64,000 nucleotides of DNA from IMG/VR virus record IMGVR_UViG_3300025534_000006, positions 1 through 64,000 of that record; one strand, 5' to 3'. Source of the DNA: a virus. Lineage: Duplodnaviria > Caudoviricetes. The translations under genes were made by a program, and so were the position numbers. The stretch's first letter is position 1. The number at the start of each line of letters is the position of its first letter. The notes beneath the pieces are model-generated. The model was not told the origin of the DNA and did not search any database. It was given only the letters and a program-made list of their open reading frames with translations. Positions 46,064-54,987 of this stretch are shown in pieces.

Positions 46064-47266
46064 TTACTCCTTCGCCTCGGGGGCCTTGCCCCATACCATC
46101 GAGGCCACGAGCTTCTTCGAGGCGATCACCCCGTCGATCTTCTTCTTGGTCTCTTTGGCTCCTTTGACGTTCCCAGCCTTGCGCTGCGCCTGATAGTCCT
46201 TCACCCAGCCTGCAAGGCCGTTCTCCAACTCCGCCTTGGTCCGAGCCTCGGCATCGTTGCTTTCGGCCACGGGCTGCGGCGCCTTCTGGGGCGTCCCACG
46301 ACCGACCGGACCCTTGGGGGCCGGAGCCTGCTCCGGCGCCGCCTGCACACCCTTCTGACCTTGCTGGGAGGGCTGTCCGGCGGGCTTCGGGGGAGCCGGA
46401 GGGGTGGCGGGCTTCGCACCGGCCTGCGGCTGCTTCCGGCCCTGCGGTGCAGCCTTCTGCGCCTGCTGGGTAGCCCGCTCGGCCTCCGCACGGGCACGCA
46501 TATCGGCCGGGCTGAGCGGCTTCTGAGGCTGAGCCTCCGTTACCTTCTTGCGGCACGCCTTTTTCGCCTCGCGCACGATGCTCACCACATCGGCGGCGTC
46601 GATGGCATAGGCGGTGGCGGTATGGCGGAGCGCCTTGGCAGCATCGCGGGTCTCGGCCAGCGCCTTACGGAACGTACCCAGCACCAGCGCGTCCGGGTTC
46701 TTGGACTCGCGCAGCGCCTTGATGTTGCGCTCGATCAGGCGCTTGCCACGGGGCAGGGCGCTCTCCTTCCGTGCGCGACCGGCCGCGTTCTGCGCCGCGC
46801 CCAGTACGTCATCCTCGGCGTTGCCAGCCATATCCGGCTCGGGCAGTTCGACATCGCCATCACCGGGCGGCGCCGGAAGCTCGTTGCCCTCCGCATCCGC
46901 ATCGGCCTCTGGCGCGGGAGGCTCGGCGTCCATCGCATCGCCGTCCATCGCCATGTCGGAGGTGGCGCCGCCATTCACGGCCCGCTCAAGGCGCGCGATC
47001 TCGTTGCCAATGGCATCCTTGGCACCCTGAATGGCCTGCACGAGTTCGTCGATTTTCGTGGAGGTGACCTGCGAGAAGCTGTTGGCGGCGGAGGGGCCGA
47101 ATGCGTCCTTGAGGTGGTCCTGCATCGGCATGATGTCGTCGGCCTTCACCTTGGCGAGGTCCTCGGCCATATCCTGAAGTTTGTCGGCAATCGCCTTGGC
47201 ATTCAGTACGAGTTCGGACCGCTCAAGCGTGGACTCGATCAGTCGAGCCATGCGATTTTTGGTCAT
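46064..47266 (-). CDS. Putative prohead core/scaffold protein
   Basis: Acidic helical N-half, Pro/Ala-rich linker, repeated ExES-like sites. Confidence 0.55.
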   Translation of the reverse strand: MTKNRMARLIESTLERSELVLNAKAIADKLQDMAEDLAKVKADDIMPMQDHLKDAFGPSAANSFSQVTSTKIDELVQAIQGAKDAIGNEIARLERAVNGGATSDMAMDGDAMDAEPPAPEADADAEGNELPAPPGDGDVELPEPDMAGNAEDDVLGAAQNAAGRARKESALPRGKRLIERNIKALRESKNPDALVLGTFRKALAETRDAAKALRHTATAYAIDAADVVSIVREAKKACRKKVTEAQPQKPLSPADMRARAEAERATQQAQKAAPQGRKQPQAGAKPATPPAPPKPAGQPSQQGQKGVQAAPEQAPAPKGPVGRGTPQKAPQPVAESNDAEARTKAELENGLAGWVKDYQAQRKAGNVKGAKETKKKIDGVIASKKLVASMVWGKAPEAKE

Positions 47267-47562
47267 CGGGAAATGTCCTTGTTCTTCTTCTTTCTCTTGC
47301 GCGGGCGGGGGTCAATCTCGCGGAGGATCATCAGTCGGGCCGCCTCGCTGAGCAGGACCGCCTTGGCATATTCCTCGCGGGCCAGCGCCCCTGCTTCACC
47401 GTACTCACGCAGCAGCGCCTCGCGCTTGTCGCGGTAATGCTCGAAAACGGTTTGCAGATGAGCGCGGTTACCCGGCTCTAGGCGCAGGCCGAAACGCCGC
47501 TCAATCAGGTCGAGCAGCGTGTCGATTCTGGTGAACACATTCGCCGATAGGCGACCAGTCAT
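47263..47562 (-). CDS. Hypothetical late protein
   Basis: TAAATA at 47593-47599; coupled to next gene. Confidence 0.65.
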   Translation of the reverse strand: MTGRLSANVFTRIDTLLDLIERRFGLRLEPGNRAHLQTVFEHYRDKREALLREYGEAGALAREEYAKAVLLSEAARLMILREIDPRPRKRKKKNKDISR

Positions 47563-47592
47563 GCCCTTGCCCCAAATAGGAAGTTCGAGAGC

Positions 47593-47599
47593 TATTTAT
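47593..47599 (-). promoter_or_regulatory. Late promoter TAAATA
   Basis: ATAAATA upstream of 47562. Confidence 0.6.
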
Positions 47600-47633
47600 G
47601 CTGGGCGTTTGACTGGTCGCTCGGACGGTGAGG

Positions 47634-47849
47634 TCAGTCCCCGGTCGGCTCTTGCAACAGGTGATGGAAGCGCACATCCGCCTCGGAAATCCGCACCCAC
47701 GCCTTCCCGCCGTCACGCGGATAAAGGCAGCCAAACACCTGCCTGCATCCGGGGCACTGATAGACCGCCCCGTATCGGAGGTCCTCGGCCCGGCATTCGC
47801 TCTCGGTCCCGCAGGTACAGGTCCAGAGGTGGGTGATGGTGGTCATCAC
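47634..47849 (-). CDS. Small Cys-rich hypothetical protein
   Basis: CTCG...CPGC. Confidence 0.4.
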   Translation of the reverse strand: MMTTITHLWTCTCGTESECRAEDLRYGAVYQCPGCRQVFGCLYPRDGGKAWVRISEADVRFHHLLQEPTGD

Positions 47850-47872
47850 CTTGCTCCGTGGGCGGCAGGGGA

Positions 47873-48520
47873 TCAGTAGGAGCGGGACCCGGCGAGCTTG
47901 AAAACCCGGTTGCGGGCGGCGATGGCCTTCCGCTGCGCGGCGCCGTAGCGGTCCTCATAGATCGGAAAGCGCGGGCTGTCGGGATTCCGCGTCATCAGGC
48001 GCTTGAAATGGATCGCGTCGCCAAGGGCGGAGGCATAATCCTGCTCGGCGGCCAGCAGGTCCAATGCAGCCTTCGAATTGACCTGTCCGCCCTCATTGAG
48101 GATGCGGGCGAGGCCATGCGCGGCCTCGTAGAGCGTGAGGTCGGCGGCGATACGCTCGCTTTCACCGACGCGGCCGACATCATAGAGCTTGCGGTTGCCC
48201 TCGCCCCGGACGCGGATTTCCCACGGACCGATCCGGGCGCCCTGCTCGGTTTCCTCGGTGACCAACGCCTCGCGCAGTTCACGGTCGTAGCTTGCCCGGC
48301 TGGCGAGCGCCATAGCCGTGCCATCGGTGGCCGCCGTGAACCGCTCAAGGATGGCCTTCATGGCCGCAACTTCCGGCTTGGCCGAGAGGTCTGCCTCCCC
48401 GGACGGGATGGCGGGGGCGGCAACGGGATCGTCTGACGCCTCGGAGGCTTCCGGCATGGGGCAGCCCTCAAGGATTGCCTTGAGACGGGCCATCTCATTG
48501 ACTTCACGAGGGTCAATCAT
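47873..48520 (-). CDS. Hypothetical virion protein
   Basis: MARLKAILEG twice; GGAGAG RBS. Confidence 0.65.
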   Translation of the reverse strand: MIDPREVNEMARLKAILEGCPMPEASEASDDPVAAPAIPSGEADLSAKPEVAAMKAILERFTAATDGTAMALASRASYDRELREALVTEETEQGARIGPWEIRVRGEGNRKLYDVGRVGESERIAADLTLYEAAHGLARILNEGGQVNSKAALDLLAAEQDYASALGDAIHFKRLMTRNPDSPRFPIYEDRYGAAQRKAIAARNRVFKLAGSRSY

Positions 48521-48747
48521 CGCTCTCTCCAAATGTCTTTCACCGAGTTAACGCGATAAAATATCCGGCCCTCCTGATCGCGCCTGCGGTGCAGGAGCCC
48601 ACGCGACACCATGTGGCGGGCAACCTCGCGCTCCCGCTCATCCAGTGATGCCTGTGCGACGCCGTCACCTTCGGCGCGGGACAGCAGGTCCCGTTCCTCG
48701 GAGCTTACAGGCAAACGCAGTCCGGATGCAATCTCGTGATACCGCAT
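48517..48747 (-). CDS. Hypothetical small protein
   Basis: MRYHEI start; coupled. Confidence 0.6.
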   Translation of the reverse strand: MRYHEIASGLRLPVSSEERDLLSRAEGDGVAQASLDEREREVARHMVSRGLLHRRRDQEGRIFYRVNSVKDIWRER

Positions 48748-48755
48748 TGCGGTGG

Positions 48756-49112
48756 TTATTCCTTATCCGAGCCGTCCGGCCGCTTGGAGGCATCCGGGGC
48801 CTTGTGCCCGTCCACGTCCCGCGAAAAATCCGGCCGGAACAGGGCTCTGTGGTCATGATGGCGGGGTAGGGAGCGCCCCCGGTGGAAACGGTAGATCGAG
48901 CGGTTGCGGATGGGGGTCACCTGTCGCCGGGCGCGCCGCCGGACCTCCTCGTCGTCCTCGAACAGATGGATGCCGTCCTCGCGTTCGACTGCCTTGCCCT
49001 CGGCCAGAGCCGAGAACACGGTCCGTTCGGCAATCGGTCGGGTGGTCAGGAGGAGGTTCTGAACCCAGTTGATGGCCTCGCGGCGATTGCCCCCAATCCA
49101 GCGCCCGGACAT
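48756..49112 (-). CDS. Hypothetical protein
   Basis: ORF in late operon. Confidence 0.5.
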   Translation of the reverse strand: MSGRWIGGNRREAINWVQNLLLTTRPIAERTVFSALAEGKAVEREDGIHLFEDDEEVRRRARRQVTPIRNRSIYRFHRGRSLPRHHDHRALFRPDFSRDVDGHKAPDASKRPDGSDKE

Positions 49113-49117
49113 GGGGA

Positions 49118-49891
49118 TCAGACCCTCGTTTTGCCTTCCCGCCGCAGCGAACGGCCTTCATTCAGCCGGGCGGTCAGATCATAGATGCGCTTCCGAACGT
49201 CCTTGAGGTCGGCGACCCGCAGGTTCGGCATGTGGCGTTCCAGTTCATCAAGGCAGGCCATCACGGCCGCCTTGGCGCATTCGGGGGAATTCGCGTCCCC
49301 GCCCTCGGAATTATCCGGTTCGGCGGCCCCGACGGCCACCTGCACGGGACTGGTCTCGGGCGCCTCAAAAGATGCAGTCGAAATGCCAGCAAGTTCCTGC
49401 ATCCGCTGAATAGACGGAATGCCAGTCATTCCAAGTACCATCTCGTCCAGTTTCAGCGCGTCACCGACGGGCCTCACCTTCTTACGGTCAATCATCTTGA
49501 GCTTGCCTCCAATCAATACACCCACGGTGCCTCCGGGGCCGTGGGGGATTTTGACGATTGCATCGTCTCCGTTGACCTCCACCGCGTCCCCGACGCCGAA
49601 TTCCACAATCCCGTCGCTCGGTTCCTCGTCCCCGGACCGCTTCTTCCGGCGGCCGTGCTTCACCACCTCGGCATCCTCGTCCGACGCCTCCTCCGCTGCG
49701 GCCGGGACATCGCCTTCCTCCATGCCGTGCGGCGCGAGTATCCGCTTCGCAGCCGATGCATCGTTCTTGGCAACGGCGTCCGTCAGGGTGAGAAGCGCGT
49801 CGCCGTCCAGCTTGTCGAGCATCTCCTCCGCCTTCTCCCGGTCGATGCCGAGCAGCTTCCCGAGCCGCTCGATGAAGCCGCCGTCATTCAT
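49118..49891 (-). CDS. Hypothetical virion protein
   Basis: Acidic/helical; IQRMQELAGI. Confidence 0.65.
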   Translation of the reverse strand: MNDGGFIERLGKLLGIDREKAEEMLDKLDGDALLTLTDAVAKNDASAAKRILAPHGMEEGDVPAAAEEASDEDAEVVKHGRRKKRSGDEEPSDGIVEFGVGDAVEVNGDDAIVKIPHGPGGTVGVLIGGKLKMIDRKKVRPVGDALKLDEMVLGMTGIPSIQRMQELAGISTASFEAPETSPVQVAVGAAEPDNSEGGDANSPECAKAAVMACLDELERHMPNLRVADLKDVRKRIYDLTARLNEGRSLRREGKTRV

Positions 49892-50057
49892 GTCCGCCAT
49901 CATGCTCCTCCGCAGACGTGATCTCGATATGCGTGCGCGGCTGAACATCGGTCGCGGCGATGCGCTCGACCTCCTTGCGGGCGATCTTGTCGCCCCGCTT
50001 GCTCCAAACCGTCTTTCGGACAGAAATGCCCGCGTCGAACATTTCGTCGAGCTTCAT
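49884..50057 (-). CDS. Hypothetical small late protein
   Basis: MKLDEMF start after TAAATA 50081-50087. Confidence 0.45.
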   Translation of the reverse strand: MKLDEMFDAGISVRKTVWSKRGDKIARKEVERIAATDVQPRTHIEITSAEEHDGGHE

Positions 50058-50080
50058 GCTCAACCCCAAGCTATTTCCGC

Positions 50081-50087
50081 TATTTAG
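50081..50087 (-). promoter_or_regulatory. Late promoter TAAATA
   Basis: CTAAATA upstream of 50057. Confidence 0.6.
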
Positions 50088-50103
50088 TGATGCACAAACG
50101 CAC

Positions 50104-50130
50104 AAAGGCCCGGCATTGCTGCCGGGCCTT
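50104..50130 (-). terminator. Intrinsic terminator
   Basis: AAGGCCCGGCA / TGCCGGGCCTT with short U run on - strand. Confidence 0.6.
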
Positions 50131-50160
50131 CGTCTGAACCCTTAGGAAACCGGAAAAGGA

Positions 50161-50502
50161 TCAGAAATCGACCTTGGCGACGGTGGTGTTGTTGGCAGCG
50201 AAGCCCCAAGCACCAGCGTGCGCAACGATGGAGTCGGCCAGAGACGGGGTCACGTTGTCCCACGCGCCAGTGTGCTCGATGGCGAACTTCACAACCTTCT
50301 CGCCCGCCTCGGCGCCATCGGTGACCGACATGATCACCGGCTGACCGCGCAGGGCGATCACCTCGATCAGCTTGTCGAGGGCATTCTCGAACTTGCCAGC
50401 CGGAGCGGAGGCCAGATCGACAGTGGTGGTGACGGTGTAGAAGTCGAGGGCGCTACCGAGGTGGGCGCCAGCGGCGACGTGACCATTGACCTTCTGAGTC
50501 AT
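50161..50502 (-). CDS. Small virion structural protein (possible head decoration)
   Basis: Own late promoter, strong RBS and terminator; KVNG...G. Confidence 0.6.
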   Translation of the reverse strand: MTQKVNGHVAAGAHLGSALDFYTVTTTVDLASAPAGKFENALDKLIEVIALRGQPVIMSVTDGAEAGEKVVKFAIEHTGAWDNVTPSLADSIVAHAGAWGFAANNTTVAKVDF

Positions 50503-50538
50503 TGTGTATGTCCCTTTGAAAAGAGGTTTTGGTGCATC

Positions 50539-50545
50539 TATTTAG
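50539..50545 (-). promoter_or_regulatory. Late promoter TAAATA
   Basis: CTAAATA upstream of 50502. Confidence 0.6.
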
Positions 50546-50575
50546 TATTCGACCTTCAAAGCACTGCGCGTACCG

Positions 50576-51508
50576 TCAGGTAGACCGCTTGATCACCTTC
50601 GGCCCACGGTCCCCCTTCGGCGCCGGGTAGATCGACTTCGAATAGTCGTCGTCAAACCCCGCCCCGAGGCCACCGGCCACGGTCGCCACATTCGCGGCGG
50701 CGGTGGCGCCTGCGGTCGCGCCTTCCTTCGCGTGGAGCCGCTTGCTGATCGCGTGCGCGGCCAGCGCCCCGACCGCCCCGGCGGCGAGATGCGCGATCAG
50801 ACCGGTCCCGCGCTTCCGGTGGCCGCGTTCATGTGGCTCAAGGAAGGGCTCATCCTGCGCCTGCGCCCCGCAGCCCTCGCCCGTCTCCCGGTCGCAGACC
50901 CCGTGCAGTTCCAGATTGCCGTTCCGGGCGGCCCGGTTGAGGAGCGGGAGAAGCTCGCCCTTGGGGGCGCGGGACCGGAAGAATTGCAGCAGCCGGGTCA
51001 TCGCCAGCCTGCGTTCGTGAACCGTAAGGTCGGGCCATTCCATGATCAGCCGCCGCAGCGCCCGCATCGATCCGTTCCCGATTCGGAACATGATATCGAG
51101 CCGGACGAACAGCCGCGCGGTCTGATCCTCGAACCGCTGCTCTCGGGCACCCGCATTGAGCCAGTTCAGGATCGCGCCCTGCGAGACACGATGGTAATCG
51201 GCGAAGTCGTTGACATGCTTCGGGCCGTCCGGGTGATCCTGACCGATCAGTCCATGCAGGAGGGCATAGAGGTCGGTCGCATCCGTGCGCCAGCGACGGA
51301 AGTTGCCGGACGAGGCCGTCTTGCGGCAGATGATCCTTGCGTGAGCGGCCGTATCCGGCTCGCAAAGCAGGATGCGCAGGCCCAAGATGTGCAGGTAGGC
51401 CAGTTCCGCCAGTTCGTCGGCATCATAGGTCGCAAGCGCCTTCACGGAGGGTATCAGACGGCTCTCCGAAAGGGCGTTGAGCAGCGAAAAGCGCGGTTCC
51501 TCGCTCAT
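50576..51508 (-). CDS. Hypothetical virion protein
   Basis: LSESRLI; C-term EGATAGAT.AANVA. Confidence 0.65.
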   Translation of the reverse strand: MSEEPRFSLLNALSESRLIPSVKALATYDADELAELAYLHILGLRILLCEPDTAAHARIICRKTASSGNFRRWRTDATDLYALLHGLIGQDHPDGPKHVNDFADYHRVSQGAILNWLNAGAREQRFEDQTARLFVRLDIMFRIGNGSMRALRRLIMEWPDLTVHERRLAMTRLLQFFRSRAPKGELLPLLNRAARNGNLELHGVCDRETGEGCGAQAQDEPFLEPHERGHRKRGTGLIAHLAAGAVGALAAHAISKRLHAKEGATAGATAAANVATVAGGLGAGFDDDYSKSIYPAPKGDRGPKVIKRST

Positions 51509-52791
51509 TTTTTCAAGCTCAGAAGGGCGCCCCAGACGTTGGCGGCGAGATTGAGCTTCTGCTTCTGCACCTGCGCGGCGAAATCCTTCCAGTCGCGCGC
51601 CTTGGAGGCGATGTTGCTGACGGCCTCGACGGTTTCTGGCTTGAGGTTCGGGATTTTCGACAGCGCGTCCCTGATCTTCTGGACCGGAAGGCCGCTGGGG
51701 CGCTGTTGCTGTGCCGCCTGCTGCTGTGCCTGCGGCGGCGATTGCTGGGTCCGCTGCTGCGACGGGTTGCCCATCTGCAACTGCTTCGCCGTGGTGCCAT
51801 CCTCGTCCGGATGCGTGATGACCCCCGTGTTAAAGAGGTGCTGCGCCATCGCGGTGAAAAGCTTTTGCAGGTAGGCGCGGTCGAAGCCTGCCTCCCACAG
51901 CGCCTCACGCTCGGAGATGGCGATCCGCAACGCCTCGTGCAGGGCCGCCTTGCTGCGCACCTGATGCTCCACGAGGATGCGGGCGAGGCCAATTGCCAGC
52001 ATCAGCGGCTCGTAGCCTTCTTGGACACCAAGGCGCTGATTGGCGGTCTGGATCATGCGCATCAGGTTCGGCATCTTCTGCGTGAGGCGGGGTTCCCTTT
52101 CGAGGTTTCGCAGGAAGGTGAGCAGTCGTTTCTTCTCGCCTTCGCCACGCTCCAACGCGCTGGTGATCAGTTCCTTGGTGAGATTGAAGATCGCGCCCTT
52201 GGCTTTGCTGTCGAGCATCGGCTCACGGGTCGCCGCGAGCAGCTTGCTCATCGTCTTGATCTGGTAGTTGTCATACGGCGTCTTGCCCACGCCGCCGCCG
52301 AACATCCGCATCACGTCGCTGACCGCCGCCTTCCGGGCCGCCGTGCTTGCCGGTTTCGCCGGGGTCTCTCCGGCGTCTGCGGCCGGGTTCTTCTGCCCGG
52401 TCGGCGCGGTGGCATTCTCGGGCTTGGACGCACTGGGGCCGTCCAGCGTCGGCAGGTTGAGCTTCTGCCGGATCGCGTTGGCGGTCGGCAGCCAATTCGG
52501 GTCCTTTGCCAGACCTTCCTTGGTGTACCAGTCCACGGCTTCCCGGCCGTAGGTACGGGCGAAGAACTCGGCGATGGTTTCCGGATTGGTCTGGCGTCCT
52601 TCGCGTGCGGCGAAGCGCAGCCAGCGATTCATCATGTCCCGAACCGCGTGGTCGAGTTGCAGCTTGCCTTGTGCCGTCTCACTGCCGAAGGCGGCCAGAA
52701 CGGAATTCTTGGCCCGGTCCAAGGCGCTGCCTGCCACCGCCTTGAACGTGTCGAACGGACCCTCTTTGATTACATTGCTCACGGGGCTCAA
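51505..52791 (-). CDS. Hypothetical virion protein
   Basis: Long ORF coupled in late operon; Gln-rich linker. Confidence 0.65.
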   Translation of the reverse strand: MSPVSNVIKEGPFDTFKAVAGSALDRAKNSVLAAFGSETAQGKLQLDHAVRDMMNRWLRFAAREGRQTNPETIAEFFARTYGREAVDWYTKEGLAKDPNWLPTANAIRQKLNLPTLDGPSASKPENATAPTGQKNPAADAGETPAKPASTAARKAAVSDVMRMFGGGVGKTPYDNYQIKTMSKLLAATREPMLDSKAKGAIFNLTKELITSALERGEGEKKRLLTFLRNLEREPRLTQKMPNLMRMIQTANQRLGVQEGYEPLMLAIGLARILVEHQVRSKAALHEALRIAISEREALWEAGFDRAYLQKLFTAMAQHLFNTGVITHPDEDGTTAKQLQMGNPSQQRTQQSPPQAQQQAAQQQRPSGLPVQKIRDALSKIPNLKPETVEAVSNIASKARDWKDFAAQVQKQKLNLAANVWGALLSLKK

Positions 52792-53048
52792 TCCTTCTTC
52801 TTCTTGCCTTCGCGGATTGCGCGGACCCGGCGACGGAATTTCTCCTCATCCCCGCTCTGGATGGCACGGACAAGACGCTTGCTGAGGTCGTCGGCCGTCT
52901 CGCTGTCGTAGCTCTCGCGGATCAGCCGCAGGACGTTCAACGCCGAGGCGATAACCTGCTGCCCCCGCATTTCAATGAGCAGGTCGCGGTTGCGGTTGGG
53001 TGCGTAGTCGGAGAGTTCCTCTACGATGCTGCGGAAGCGTTGTTCCAA
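52788..53048 (-). CDS. Jumbo-phage-type hypothetical protein
   Basis: RSIVEEL...LLIE.R..QVIASA.N...IRESYD. Confidence 0.7.
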   Translation of the reverse strand: MEQRFRSIVEELSDYAPNRNRDLLIEMRGQQVIASALNVLRLIRESYDSETADDLSKRLVRAIQSGDEEKFRRRVRAIREGKKKKD

Positions 53049-53051
53049 GGC

Positions 53052-53336
53052 TTAGTCCCCCTCGGTATGCCGACGGATCAGGTTCTCGACCATGTCGGCG
53101 GCGCGCTGCATTCCCAGTTCGACGCCAAGAGCCTGCTCGCTGTCCTCATTCTCGGTGTGTGAGCGAAGCTTGAAAGCCAAATCGCGCAGGTCGGCTATGA
53201 TCGGCGGCTCGGACACCGGGAGTGCTTCATCCGATGTATCCTGATCCTCAAGGACGCATTCGCTCGCCGAGGGCAGAAGTTCCTCGGCGAGCAAGATGTA
53301 CCCACGCATTTCGGTGATGAAGGTATTGTCGTTCAT
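53052..53336 (-). CDS. Small acidic late protein with leader-like N-terminus
   Basis: MRGYILLAEE; TAAATA at 53358-53364. Confidence 0.65.
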   Translation of the reverse strand: MNDNTFITEMRGYILLAEELLPSASECVLEDQDTSDEALPVSEPPIIADLRDLAFKLRSHTENEDSEQALGVELGMQRAADMVENLIRRHTEGD

Positions 53337-53357
53337 CGCGCGATCCTGTGTCCGCCT

Positions 53358-53364
53358 TATTTAG
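53358..53364 (-). promoter_or_regulatory. Late promoter TAAATA
   Basis: CTAAATA upstream of 53336. Confidence 0.6.
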
Positions 53365-53373
53365 GCGGATGAT

Positions 53374-54933
53374 TCAGATCAGCGCGGAATGCTTGCGGGT
53401 GTGCGTCATGAGTTGGCCGATCAGATCGATTGTGCGCGGCTCCGACGCGGCCGGGACCACCCCGGCTTCCTCGCCCGTCTCGACCTCCATAGCCATATCC
53501 TCTACCTCGGGCGGGGCGGAGACCGGCACGGAGCCGGTGGAGGCCGGTTCCGGCTGCTGCGCTGGCGCCGGAGCGGGCGGCTGGGTCTGGGACGCGGCGA
53601 TCTGAGCCTGCACCTGCTGCTTCAAATTGCTCATCGACATCGGCTTCTCCGGGTTCTCGTCAAAGCCGCCGAGCGGCGGATCGGTGATCCGCATCGAGGT
53701 GTTGTTGTAGGCAAGTTCGATCTTGCTGCCGACCGCCGACGAGGAGCGCGTCTTGAGGAACTGGATTTCGTAGATGCCCCGCTCCTTCATCGCGGGCGTC
53801 GCCAGCAGGCCGAACACGTTGTCGGCGGTGTTGATCTTGGAGATGCCGCCCGCAATGTGCGAATGGTCGAACTCCATGGTCTGAACGGAGGTGCGGTTCA
53901 ACTGACTGGCGGTCGCCCCGAAGGTGTTGGTCTCGTGCATGAGGCCGCGCAGTTCTTCGGAGACGAATTTGTCCTTGGTGAACAGGTCCGATGCATCGAT
54001 CCGCCGATTGTTCGGATAGAGCAGGTCCAGATAGTCCACGATGAGCGCATCCGGCTTGATGGCCCGTTTGATCTCGTACTCCTTGAGATAGGCTCGGAGA
54101 TCGTTGGAGGTCGTTCCGCCCTCCGGCAGCTTCTTGACCGTCAGCGAACCGGCCTGCTTGCCGCGCATGGAGATGATGTAGGCGCTTTCGTCAATCTTCC
54201 GAAGCACCTCGCTGGTGCCGCGCCCGGTCACCATGGCGTCGAGACGCAGCGCGACCAGTTCCTCCGAGAGTTCCAGCGTGATATAGACCACATGGTAACC
54301 CATGAAGGCCCAGTTGAGCGCGAGGTTCTGCAAGACCAGCGACTTGCCGGAGCCCGAGCCGCCCGCGAACACGTTGAGGCCGCCGCGCGTGAACCCGCCG
54401 TACAGCTTGTTGTCGAGCGTCTCCCAACCGGTGCTGACGTAAGCGGACTTGTCCTTGAGCCGTTCGAGACGCTGATGCGGATCGGAGAAGTAGTCCATCC
54501 CAAGCTCGGACACGAGGCTGATCGTCATCGCGTCCCGGACGCGCTTCTCGATCTCGGCGCCGTTCCCCTTCTTGAGCAGTTCGACGCCTTCGAGGATGGC
54601 AAGCTCAAGCGCCTTGTAGCGGCAGAAGCTTTCGATCTCCTTGAGCAGCCATTCCCGCTTCTGCGGCGATTCTCCGATATCCTGCGGCGTGAGGGCGACA
54701 CCGGCTTTGCCACGGATCAGGTCGGCGTCAGGCAGGTCACGGTTCTCGTCCGCATATTCGAGAACGAAGCGCACCGCCGGGCGAAGCGTGTCCTCGAAAT
54801 ACTCCGGCATGAGGATATTGCGGCAGAGAGCGAAGGCTGTCGGATTGCCGATCAGGCAAGACAGGAGGTATCGCTGGACTTCGGCATTGAATTCGAGGTT
54901 GAAGTCCTTCTCGGACTTCAGAGGCGTTCTCAT
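53374..54933 (-). CDS. Replicative helicase (DnaB / T4 gp41-like)
   Basis: FAGGSGSGKS, YITLELSEE, IVDYLDLL, ATASQLNR, LKTRSS. Confidence 0.93.
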   Translation of the reverse strand: MRTPLKSEKDFNLEFNAEVQRYLLSCLIGNPTAFALCRNILMPEYFEDTLRPAVRFVLEYADENRDLPDADLIRGKAGVALTPQDIGESPQKREWLLKEIESFCRYKALELAILEGVELLKKGNGAEIEKRVRDAMTISLVSELGMDYFSDPHQRLERLKDKSAYVSTGWETLDNKLYGGFTRGGLNVFAGGSGSGKSLVLQNLALNWAFMGYHVVYITLELSEELVALRLDAMVTGRGTSEVLRKIDESAYIISMRGKQAGSLTVKKLPEGGTTSNDLRAYLKEYEIKRAIKPDALIVDYLDLLYPNNRRIDASDLFTKDKFVSEELRGLMHETNTFGATASQLNRTSVQTMEFDHSHIAGGISKINTADNVFGLLATPAMKERGIYEIQFLKTRSSSAVGSKIELAYNNTSMRITDPPLGGFDENPEKPMSMSNLKQQVQAQIAASQTQPPAPAPAQQPEPASTGSVPVSAPPEVEDMAMEVETGEEAGVVPAASEPRTIDLIGQLMTHTRKHSALI

Positions 54934-54987
54934 ATGCGCTTTCTCAAAATATCTGACTGAAACAGTCTTTGCGGGACCCCGGCCCTG

